Made by a program: the position numbers and the translations under genes. The notes beneath the pieces are model-generated. The model was not told the origin of the DNA. It saw nothing but the letters and a program-made list of their open reading frames with translations, and searched no databases. From Monocercomonoides exilis PA203 (Eukaryota; Protista; Preaxostyla), in NCBI GenBank assembly GCA_001643675.2, contig LSRY02000029.1:558001-622000 (forward strand): a stretch of DNA of 64,000 nucleotides, read 5' to 3'. Each line of letters begins with the position of its first letter. Position 1 is the stretch's first letter. This document shows positions 23,237 through 35,600 of this stretch, piece by piece.

Positions 23237-24552
23237 TTGGAAAAATGCACTAATGTCGATGATCGGAGAGAGAAAATTAAAGAAATGAGCAATATTTTGG
23301 AAGAAATTGACGAAGTGAAATGCTGTTCACTTTTATCAACAGATCTCTTCAATGAACTTGACAATATGATTGATAAAAAGAAAATATCCTTGGGAAATGC
23401 CATTTGGTTGTTAAAACGCATTGGATATTGCAAAGTGTTGAAAGACATGCATTTCTCAAACTTTGAAAAATCTTTGTTGAGAGAAAGATTTGAGAAGATG
23501 ATAAATGATGAAAATGAGAAGAAAGAAGAAAAGAACGAAAAGCATTTGGCTGATCTATGTGAATGCTATATTTTTCTTCACTGCTATCATCCATCAGAAT
23601 TGCTTTCAACCTGTGTGCCTTGCCTTTTGAAAGCTGCATCGAACAAGGAGAGAAACGAGGAAACCCAAAAGGAAGTGGAAATAGCGTTGTTAGCTTTGAG
23701 CAATGCTGGATATTATGTATGAAAATTACTCTTTCATTTTTTATATTTTTGCTTTTTTTCCTCTTATTATTTGATTAGAAAATGGTGAAAATTCTGTATC
23801 TGAATGAATTCAAAGAAATCAAAGAAATTATGCAATATCATCAAGTACATCACAATTTGACTCAACTTGCCTATCAGTCAGCTTGGAGGTTTTTTATTAA
23901 CCAATTGTATTACGATGAGAATTTGGAAGATGTCATTGTAAATGAACTTTATTTTGTGAGAGAAGCAAGAAGAGAAGTTTACGAGCTGACCAGATGTGTG
24001 GATTGGAAGAGAAAAGGAGGGGAGAAAGCAGAAAGTGAAGTGAAGGAAGTGCTTATCATCAGGAGATGGCTGAGCGCAATAGAACAATGCTTATCCTTGT
24101 GTTCATTGAGGAATGAAGAATACTTGATGCTTATCATCAACATTGTTCTCGTATTTCGAGCAGCGAAGTACAATTACGGAGAAATTTGCAAGGAATGCAT
24201 TTGTTCCTTGGCAAATGCAACAGAGAACGAAGCCATTGAAGTTGAAGTTATGTTGAAAAGCGGCGCTTTTGATGCTGTTTTGGAGGAGATTCAGAGTCCC
24301 ACGCTGAACAACAGAAAAGCATGTGAAAGCTTAATATTTTTTAAGAATGTTTCAAGGAGAATGAAATGGAAGAAGAAAGATGGAATTGATGAAACGAAAA
24401 GAAAGGAGACCAAAATTGAGACATATGAAAAGATGGAAGAAGAAGGATACGAAGATTTCATTGCATGCTTTCATGAAATATTTCATTTTTTCAACGATAT
24501 ATTTACCAAAAAATTATCGTTGAACATTTGTGAATATTTTATATATGTGTGA
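23237..24552 (+). CDS. Lineage-specific helical (ARM-like?) hypothetical protein; first exon not resolved
   Basis: ORFs 23237-23716 and 23779-24552 join in frame through GT-AG intron 23717-23778 (GYY|KMVKILYLNE). Paralog of the 17250-18699 pseudogene. Confidence 0.75.
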
Positions 24553-25608
24553 AGCGAATGTTCAATGCATTCCCATTCCTTTCATCTCATCTTAGAATGG
24601 AAGAAAACAGATAATAAAAAAAAAAAAAAAAAAGAAGAAGAAGAAGAAGATTACAGCAATTGAGCATGCGAAAAGGCAAATGATAAAATAAAAGAAGACA
24701 AACAAGCAAAGAAGAGAAGAGATTTTATTCTGAATCAACATTTTCAGCTGAACACGAAGAATATTCAACTAAAATTGTTTGTTCATTCGTTTCATTCAAT
24801 CTTTCGTTTTCATCTTCCAATTCAACTTCACTCACGCACTCTCCCTCATTCATTCACACATCCACGCAACGTCTATCTTCATTAAAACGATTGTGATCTT
24901 TTTCTTCTTCCTCCTTTTCTTCTTGTTCTGCTGCTGCTGATGCTTTTGCTTCTGATTCTGCTTCTTCATCGGAAATTCAATCATATTTCTCACTCACTTA
25001 TTTGAATCTTCAGCATTTCATCCATCTATTAATGATGCTGTTGATTTCTTATTCGTTGTTCATCTCTCTTGAAGCTATTCTCAATTAACAAAGATCATCA
25101 TATTTCTCCATAATCATCAATTAAGGCATCTTTTTGGATTCCTACAAATTCTTCATCTACATCAGAGAACATAAAAGAAAAGAAGAAAAGAAATGGATGC
25201 AATGTTGAGAAGAAAGTATAGAAAGAGAAGAAAGAGAAGAAAGATTTTGTTTTGAAAAATTCAAACGAAGAATGAATTGATTCAAAAGAAAGATGAAGAA
25301 CGCAACAAACGGTTGGAGAGAAATTCTGATTTATACATGTATTTTTGTATTTATATATCAATATATATTTTCTTGCTTATGTATTTATTTCTTCTCATAT
25401 TTATTTTATTTATTTTTATTTATTAATTTTTCCATCTTCGCTGTTGATTTTTTTCATTTCTCCCAAATCATATCTTGTTAGTGTAAGACTAACAAATTTG
25501 AGATGAAAATAATCGATATTTTGAAAGTTTTTCTTCAGATTAAAGAAAAAAATCAAATGTTACATTTTCTCAAAATAGAAGTTGCATTATTATTTCCATT
25601 ATGAAACA

Positions 25609-26007
25609 TACACGAAAAAATTATTCAAAACGAGAATTTTTATGTTTAAAAAAATAAAAATTGCATTCAAAATAATTATTTTGCAGACGAATAAATAATT
25701 TTTAATAACCTAACAAAAATTTTTCCACTCTCTCACGAAATATTGAGAAAATTATTTAATCAATTCTGAATCTGCAATAATTCTGTGTGGTCATTGTTAT
25801 CTTGTGTGCATGTGTAAACAGTTTTTTTAAATTTAATATTTTTCCCTGAAAATTTTTGTATTTTCAAAAAAAAATCCAATGAAAATCAGGGATAATTTCA
25901 TTTTGAACACAATAATTAGTATTAAGAATGAAAAAATTAACAATAAGTTTACAAAAATGTAAATTCGATTGCAAAAATTCTCGTTTTGAATAATTTTTGG
26001 AGTGTTA
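25609..26007. mobile_element. MITE, family 1, copy b (inverted relative to copy a)
   Basis: TA|CACGAAAAAATTATTCAAAACGAGAATTTT at the left end and AAAAATTCTCGTTTTGAATAATTTTTGGAGTG at the right end. The body matches 16930-17226 in reverse complement. Confidence 0.8.
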
Positions 26008-26677
26008 AAGTATTCTTGAATTAATATATTTATGATCTTAAAACAACTTACAAAATCAGTTTGTGAAAAAGAATGACTCCATTGAGATTCTGTTTATAAA
26101 AAACACTCAAATAGAAATGAATTACACAATTTGAAACATTAAAAAGATAACAAAAAATTGAAAACTGAGTTACTGCAGATGTTTCATGCACGTGAATGCT
26201 CCTTCTTCGTTGAAGAATAAAAGCGTAATTGTAACAGAGAAAAATAAATAAAATTCATTTTTCAGAATATTAACAGATATCATTGAAAAGATATATAAAT
26301 ATTTGGAAAAACGAAAAAAGAAAATTTTAAAAAGCAAACAAAAAATGCAAATCATTATAAAATTGAACTTAAAATGAATACCGAATTTCACAAAAATTGA
26401 ATACTAAAAATGGAAAGAAAAAACTGTTCAAAGAAATGAAACAATTGGGGTGATATTCTTAGAGGAGAAAAAAAGATATCATTTTTGTATGAACAAAAGT
26501 CAATGTTAAACATCAAAAGACAAGTTAGAAAAGTTAATCTTAACAGAAATATTTTGCAATATGTTTGTAAGAACGATAATAAAAAAGTGCTCTTTAATAT
26601 TCAAAGTATTTTTCATCAAATGACAATGCTCCAAGCAATTTTATTATTATTTTTTTTCATTTAATTTACTCGCTGTT

Positions 26678-29600
26678 TCAGTTTTCTCTCTTATCCACCT
26701 CTTCGCTTCCAGAAACAAGTAAAAGACTGACCTTTGAATTTTCTTTCTCTTCTGATTCATCCTCAAAATCAATTGCATCTGAAATCGTCAGCATCGCAGC
26801 CCCTTTCGGGAAATGCTGAATAAACAGCCTTTTCAGTTCAACAAGTGTTGGCCTAGCAGATGCTTCTCCAGACAGGCACACCTTAACAGCTTCAAAGAAC
26901 ACTGATTTTCTTATCGCAGAAGCGTTCGGCCTTTCTCCTTTTGTAATCTTATCCCCTGCTGTTACAGCTTCATAATCACCAAATGGAATTTGAAGAGTCA
27001 AGCACTCCCACAGCATCATCCCAATTGAGAATGCCACTGACTGCTTCGTTGCTCCCATGTTCTTGTTCATCAGCAGCTCAGGCGCCTTCCATCGCAGACA
27101 CTCTTTTTTGTAATAATCTTCATCCTCAAAGGCTGATGAGGGCAGAGAGTCCTCCTCATCATCATCACTTGCAGAAGTCACTACAGTTGATGAAGAGATG
27201 GATGTTGAATCAGAATCATCATCTGACAATAAGTCCGAATGCATCACAATGCAGATCACCATGTGTTCGGAGAAAAGAACAATGTGAGGACTCAAATTAG
27301 TGAGAGAAGAAAGAGGGTTGTCCATCTCATCAAATGAGTGAAGTGCAAGATTGGCCACCCAGAACAGGATCTGGGCAGTCGTCATCTCCCTTTCCTTCAA
27401 GCTCCCAATAGCCATCTCCTTCTTCTCGTTCTTTCCATGAAGAAGCATGAATAATGAATCTCGCAGATCCACAATCAGTTTCTCATGTGGAGATGAACAT
27501 GCCATTGCATCCACCAGATTCGACATCGATGAAGTGGTTGGGCACATATCCTCCCCTCGAACAAATGTTGAATCTGAATCAGTTGTTGAAGTGGTTGAGG
27601 TGGATGAAATCGATGGCGATGGAGTCTGCTTTCTTGTCTCCTCCTCCTCCTTTTCCAATGCCCAATCTGGGATCTTGTCTGAATCTCTCCCCAGAATGTA
27701 TTCAGTCGATCCACTCTCAGACAGAAGGTGCTCAGATGACTCTGAGTGTCCCAAGCTATTTTCATACACTCTCTTCTTCATCCTCTCATCGTTCTTCTTC
27801 TCTGCCTCCCTTTCTGCTCTCCTCCACTGCTCCTCAGGCGACATCTCCATCGTCACCATCTCAAACGCTTTCGGATCCTTCTTCACTGTGTCTTCAACAA
27901 TCTCTTTGTATTTCTGTGCTTCCTCTTTCCATTTCCTCCATCGAACAACAAACACAATAAATCCAACCAAAACAATCACGAATAGCACAACAAATATCAC
28001 GCAAATAACAGCCCATGATGATTTCTCTTCTTTTCCGCCTTCAGCAACAATATTATCTCCCTTTGACTGGGGTTCACTTTTGTTCTTCAGAATGATTGCT
28101 TCGGTGGACGATGGTGCCTCTTTTTCTCCAAAAAGAATCGAAGCACTCACTTCTGCTTCCTCTTCTGCCTCTCGAATTGATTTCGAAGGTATTTTCCCCC
28201 AAGCCTCATCTTCCGAGACAAACCCTTCGGATTCAAACTCATATCGCACCACCAGCGCTTCTGATCGGATGGCTGCCACCACCCGAAACGATAAATTGCA
28301 AGGCAAAAGAAGTTGCCCTTTAAATGTCACCTTCAACTCTGCTCCTTCCTCTTCCACAGCCACACTTTCCAAAGTGGGGACAAACAAAGAAGCTTTCCTT
28401 TCTTCAACTATCCCGCTCAGTGTGCATCCTTCATTCAGCATCCAAAGTGATCCGTTCTTTTCTTGCCCGTCTCCGCCTTTCACACTCATCACATTCACCT
28501 CCCCCATCTCTCTGCACACAATGTTCCTTCTTGCTGATGTGTATCCCACTATCCAAGGATTGTTCCCCACAAACTCTCCCTTCTCAATCACAACACTTCC
28601 CCCTTCCACACTCGCCCCTCCATCAGAGCTGTTCGCAATTGTTGTGTCCTTCATCACAACCCGGCTCTTCTGCATGTCTATCAGTGATCCATTCCAATTG
28701 CATAATTCTTCTGTTTTGCTGCTCCTTTCGTTTTTCATCTCAAAATCATTGCATCCATTAAAAGTGCAGAGATCAAGCAAAACTTCTGGACACTGAGAAA
28801 CCACAGCCAAAATTCCTTTTTCCAAAGTGTGTTTCTTCCCAATAAATGAACAATTTGAAAGAGTTAAGTTTCCAATGGAGATTCCTGCCAGAAGAGACGG
28901 AACATTTGCTGAAGACAAAGAAAGCGAGTTGTTTGCAAATGATGTGTGCATCATTAATAAATCTCTGCATTTTTCACAATTAATCAAAGTGCCCCCAGAA
29001 TTTATGGTGCCGAATTGGCAGAAGGATATCATGACAGAACAGGAAGCTGAAGCTTCTATCACCGATGATCGAAGAATTAGTGAGTTGAATATGCAGGAAT
29101 TTATCGATCCGTTTCCTTTGCTAAAATCAAAGAGAGAACGCAAAGGAAGACTCGCAGCCGATGAAAACGAGCAATTAGTCAGCTCAACAATCCCCGATTG
29201 AGGAGAAATAAAAGTCGAATGTGGGCACAAAAAATCTGCCTCAAACGAAAAGCAAAGATTCATGATAGAAACTGCGTTGAGAGTGGTGACCACTGCATCA
29301 GTTAATCCAGTGGCAATCGAGTGTATTGTGACATTGCCCACATATCTCGAGCGTGACGAGAGAAGCACGTTGTCAAGCCCAATTTCACTTTCAATCACAG
29401 ATGCCCCATCCACAACAACATGCGACTCAAAATCGGCAGTCACGTGTGCAATTGCATAATCTAGTGATAAACACGGTAGAGCATAAGTTCCGCATTGTCT
29501 GTCATTCCTTCCTCTGTTCTCATGTAACGATGACACAATAATCGTGTCAGCCTGATAAATCGTGATGAAATCTAACAGATTCGTGTCTTCTCTGTGATCG

Positions 29601-32600
29601 GTTTTGTCCATCCCATAAATCGCGTTCTGCCTCACGTAGATACCTTCTCTCAAATCGAACTTGAATTGGGTTTCATTGATTTGTTCTGATATGTTGTGGC
29701 ACGAAACATAAATGTCGTTACCAACTTTTGCCGTATTTCCTGTGAATGTAGCACTCTGGAACAAGAAATGCAGTGATCCACTTCCTGTTGCATCAATATA
29801 AAATGCACCGCCTTTCCCTTCATTCGAGCAGCAGCAACGGATCATCGTTGAATTCAAAACAGAAAATGAGCCCTCTTCTGGCAATTTTATAAAAGCAACT
29901 CCTCCTTTTTGACTTTCGACAGCTTTGCAGTCGCTCAAAGTTGTTCCACTCACATCAATAGAAATGTCTCTATCTCTTTGACAGTCAATCACTGATGCTC
30001 CGTTGTCTGCTCTTGTTACAGAAGTTATTACCGATTCATTCATCAAAAATTTGGATTTTTCATCAGAGTTCATTCCCTTTCCCATTTCTATTGATTCAAC
30101 AAATTCAAAAATGCTTCCATCAGAAATATTCACAAATGTACATGTGAAATTGTTAGCAATGCAAGTTACAGACCCAATTGCAATTGAGCTTTTCCCAATG
30201 CTCGCTGACTCCATTGACACTTCTGCAAGCAAAAGCTTTCCTTTTATGCAAGTTACAAAATTACACAATATTTCCCGCTTTCCAGAAGAAATACCTTCTG
30301 TTTCAAACGAACATTTTTCAAAAGACAACGCTCCATTCTCACACAAAATCAATTCTGATGCAGAATTGTTGAAGGATGATTCAATTACAAGTGTGATAAG
30401 CTTCAACGAAAGCTCGCCTTCGCATCGCAAAAATGGATCAGACATTTCTCCAGACTTTTCTCGAAAAGAAAGAATCGACTTGTAATCTTCGTCTTCATCC
30501 AATGAACTTGATCGAATTGTGAATGAGGAGAGATTGAATGTGTTTGCTACAGGAGTGGTTCTGTTGATTATGATCACTTTGACTATCTCTTCCTCGTCAA
30601 TTTGCTGCATTCCTTTCCAAAATGTTCGACACGGATCATCTGTGCTTCCACATCTCATCACATCCTCTCCGTCTTCCGATAGAAAAATCGAGGCTGCATG
30701 ATAAGAAACCAAATATCTGAATAAGTCCAGTTCTTCGCTTTCTCCTTCAATCCCCACAAACGCATTGCTGTCTTCTTTCATCGACTCGAATGAAAATGCA
30801 AATGCTGTCAAAGTGACTGAAGAGTTCAATTCAGTAGATGCAATAAATATGTTTTTGCCTAGCTGCGCATCATTTCTCTCAAACGTCATTTCACCTTCAA
30901 ATCGTAGTGGTGCTGTTGCTGTCGATTTCGAGCAATCTGCATACAAAAATCCCCCTTTCCCGTTTTTTATGGAGCATTTGCAAAGTTCTGTTTCACAATT
31001 CTTCACTCGTAGCAAATCTGATCGCTCCAAGTTGGCAGAAACTGCTCCACCCCCAATGCTCGAAGGCGTATTTATGTTTCGGAAGCAGCAATTTTCAAGC
31101 GTCACATAAGATGAAAGTGCTATCGGGCAACTTGAAAATGTCACAGAAGAAATTGAAACATTTAGCAGTTGCACTGTTCCTCCTTTGCTCAGAAGCAGAA
31201 TATATTCAAGCACAGTAGTATTAGAGCAAAGAAAGGTTGAATTAAGTGTAAGATATCCATCTGTTGAAGAAAACAAGGCAGATTGTCCACTTGTGAAGAG
31301 CGATGGTAGATGAAACTCCACCAAGGAAAACGTCAGGGAGTTTCTCGAACTGAAAATTGATGGGTTTGATCCGCTTGCTGTTTGAGAAACTATCAGCTTG
31401 GCAAATGAACGCAAAGCAGCTGATGAAGAAAATCCAATTTGAAGTTCAGCTAATTCAAACGCAAAGCACTCACTTATCAAAACCTCGTCCATCACTTCAA
31501 CGGAGCATGTCTGAGATTCTGAAGATGCCTCTAAATTGTTAACACCTCGCCACAACGAGTGGCAAGGTGTTTCTGCCTTTCCACACCCAATAAAGTCGAT
31601 TCCAGCCGATCCAACGCTTATCGTCGACGAAGAAAACTTCACCAAAAAATACAGCAGATCCGCAGATGCACTCATAAAATGTGTTTCATCTCTTCCTTTC
31701 AGATCGACTTTTGGTCGTTCGTCTTCTCCAAAATACTCGAAATCAAACAGAGATGGAATGATTGATGCGTTCAAATCAGCGCATCTCACAAACATGTCTT
31801 TCCCTTCAAATGCTTCATTTCTGCTAAATGTTATTCCAGAAAACAAATAATTATTTGTGCTTCCCTTCAAATCGAAATAGATGCCACCTCCTCTCCCATT
31901 AATCTGATTCACTTCACAAGTCACAATTGATGTTTTGTTCACAATCAAAGATCCTTCTGCTTCAAGAATGCAATTAAGAATTCCTCCATCTCCTTTTATC
32001 GAAGAGCATCCATCAAATGTGCATGCTCCGCTAACATGTACTGATTTCGGGCAAATAATTTCCATTGCATGTCCGTTTCTTGTTTCACAGTTAACGAATT
32101 CGGTGTTCTTAAGTGTAATATCACAATTGTCTCTTCCAACAATTAATCCGTTTGGAGCATCAGATGAAACAGAAGAAAAACTGCAAGACTCCAAAGAGAG
32201 CGATGCACCTTCAATCGAAGCTATTCCGCCTGACTGAAATGGAATCCCTCCAAGAGTGCAAGAGGCAAAGTGTACAACTCCGCCTTCTCCTGAAGCAATC
32301 CATTTCGAAGGGTTGGAATTACTGCTGCTTCCTTGTTCAAATGTGCAATCCAGAAACGAGCATTGACCAATGCTAACTTCCACAAGTGAACTCATTTCTG
32401 GTGAAGGATTGGGAGACGATGGAAGCACAAAGCAAAGCTTGGAAAATGTGAGGGTGGTTGAGCGAGTTCCTTCGACAAGCTCAAATTTTCCATTTCTTCC
32501 AAATATCATCGCTTTTGTTGTTGTATTACTTTGAACGGTGAGGGAGATTCCATGTCTGTTCACAATAGCATCGATGGGAGTATTTCCTTCGAGCTGGATG

Positions 32601-35600
32601 ATGGAGTGTGAAGAATCCATTTTCTGAAAACCCAGCTCCACTGAGGCGCATGGGTTTCGCTTCGGCCCACAGTTCTCAACAGCCGAGACAGCTCCATCCA
32701 CGAACACAAATGAGGTCTGAGGAGGGAACAGGAAGTCGATCATTGTGCTTCCTCCATCGATCGACTCAAAAGGACTGCGCACCCAAAAGCGTTCTGGTGC
32801 TGCCTCTTCAGAAACAGATCCGTTCCAATACATTAGCACAATCAAGGCACCCGGCTCTTCACAAACAACATATGCATCCTTCCCACGGAATGCTCCATTA
32901 TTCTCAAATGTGTTGTTTCTCATAGAATAATCGATGTGTGAAGAGGCAAACGTGAGGAACAGCCCTCCGCCAAATCCATCCCCACTAGACACAATGCAGA
33001 ACTCCACTTTGTTTCTCTCGAATCGGAAGACGCCTCCTTCTTCAACATCCATGAGCACACATCCTCCTATCGTTCTGGCTGAGTAACAGCTGCAGCGCGA
33101 AAATAAACAGTTTTCCACCTCCAGCTCTTCGTTCGATCCAATTCCGCCACTGATCACTGCGCCATCCCCATTTGTTCGCGTTAGGTTTCCAAATGTTATG
33201 TTTTTTAGAAAGCCATTCGACAAAGAATTAATTGAGATATGGTTACTGTTTGGAAGAGTCACATTTTCGATGCTGCTGTTCTCAATATTCAATTTTTTCC
33301 CTCTCGCAACCAAAATCAGTGCCCCATCCCCTTCTTTGCTCAAAATGGATGTTTCTATTCCCTCAATCGCACACTCGGCATTGCTCCCATCAAGTGCAAT
33401 AATCTCTGCATTTCCCATTGCAAGTTCATTTATTGAGCACCCATTCAATTCCACTTTCCCATTTGTCACATATATGATCCTGTACTCAACAGCTGAGCTG
33501 CTGCTGTTTTGAAACTCGCATCTGTCAATGGTGAGCGTGGCTGACGAACACAGAAACAGAGAAGTCCGCGAGGGTTCTTCAAAAGAGCATGGTAACCCAA
33601 ACACTATTTCACTGAACTTCACATTGACTGAAGAGAACAATAATCCAGCACCTTCTCCCACTCCGTCGCTTCTGACATCAAAAACAGCTCCAATTTGCTC
33701 AGCAATCACTTCGGTTGGCTGCGTATTAAATAATATGGCACTCTTGAAGGAAAAGTCTGCTGTCAACCTGATGGATGCACCAGATGAATCGGGTGCTGGA
33801 AAGCGCTTGGAGATTGCAAAGGGGATCGTTGCACAGGGATATATCGAAACACCGCACATGCGATAGTCAAACCCAAAGCTCCCTCCGACAATTGCTGGCG
33901 GCTCAAACGTCAGAAGAAACACAACCAGAGGAATGGCATACGAAATATTCCCATCTTCAAAACTACACAGCTTCCCAAATTCAGCTGTTGACTCTTTGTT
34001 GATATCAAACTTGAATGACTGATTGGTGATGATTTTGTCCAGGTTGTATCCTTCAACAAACACGTTGCTTCCTCCTCCCTCTGCTTCATTGCTTGTACCA
34101 TCTCCCTCGGTTCCGAAAGACATCGCTGCGAGGACAAGATCAGCCAGGCAATCTGCATGCTTCAGAAATATTCCTCCCCCAAATCCACATTCTGGCAAAG
34201 TGCCTTTTGCACTGCACCTGGCAAAGCTTGTGGTTGTGCCTTCCTTGCCAATCCGAACTTTGGCAGAGGAGCTTGTGCTGATGAACACCCCTCCTCCGCA
34301 TCCACTCACAGAAGAGCAGCAATCGACTGAAATATCGTTTAGCTCCAGTGACTCGCTTTCTCCAATTTCTGCCTTGATCACGCTTCCGTTCCCTTCGTTT
34401 TTGATTATCCCTGATAAAGTGTTGTTTTCAACAACCAGACTTTTGCCATGCTTGTCTTCCACAAATGAGCAGCATGAAGAAGCTGACTGGTTGATTGTTG
34501 TGTTGCGTATGTTCAGAGTGCCAGCTGAAGAATATGAGATGATTCCAGTATCAACAGCAGATGTGACATTTGTCCACGTGCAAGAGTCTATTGATCCACT
34601 TCCTTCGTTGTGAACTTTTATCACCTCAACAGATTGGAATCCAATTGAGTTTATTGTGAATCGGGTCATCGCAAATGAGCCTTCAGCAACAACCAAAAAT
34701 CCAAAAGAGCATTTTTCTTCACCTTGTTCAGTTAGTGCTGAGCAGTCCTCCAGATGAAGCATCACATTTGCACTACACTCAAGAAACACTGATGATTGAA
34801 GGCTGGGGATAGATGGCTGCAGATAAAAGTCGAGATACCTAAATGTTGATGTTTGGGAAACTGTTATCATTGCATTTGCCGTTGAGGATTGGGTTCCAAT
34901 CATTTTCATCTTTGTTTCCAATGCTTTGCCTTCGATTAAGATTTCGTTGGCAGACGAGAGAGAAACAACTTCTTCGAATTCATAATTAGGGAGAATGATC
35001 AGCTGAACAGAATCTTCACTTTGAAACATAGAAAATTCGATAGTTTTGCAAGCGTATTCTGCAAATCCACATACAGAAACGTCGTTCCCTTCTTTTGAGA
35101 CATAAACGCCTGCTTTGCGTGGTAGAAGATAAAACACAAGTGGTATTATCACATTTGGCCACTGTGAATCAATTCCAGCGCAACTTTCAAGGGAAAATGG
35201 TGCTTCTTGATTAAAGAATTGGAATGTGGTTGAAATAACACACCACTCCAGATGCAGCGAACATGCAAAGACATCGTCTCCGTGTTCGGCTGTATTAGAG
35301 ATAAATGAAAGCGATTTTGAGAGAACAAACTTAGCATTGGCTTCGTCGAAAATTATTTGTATGGCTCCACCTTTTCCACTTGATCCTAAATTTGGTTTTG
35401 GAGCCTGACACGAAGTGAAAGTGGACAACTCGAGTATTAGCGCTGTCTGACTATTGAGGTGAGTAGCAATCGCCCCACCTCCTTTTCCGTTTTCAGTCAC
35501 TTTGCATCTTGTGAATGTGCAATTGCTTGCTGTGAACGAGCTCGCATAGCTATTTCTTCCATTCAAATTCACGCACGAGCCGTTTCCCGTGGTTCTTTTG

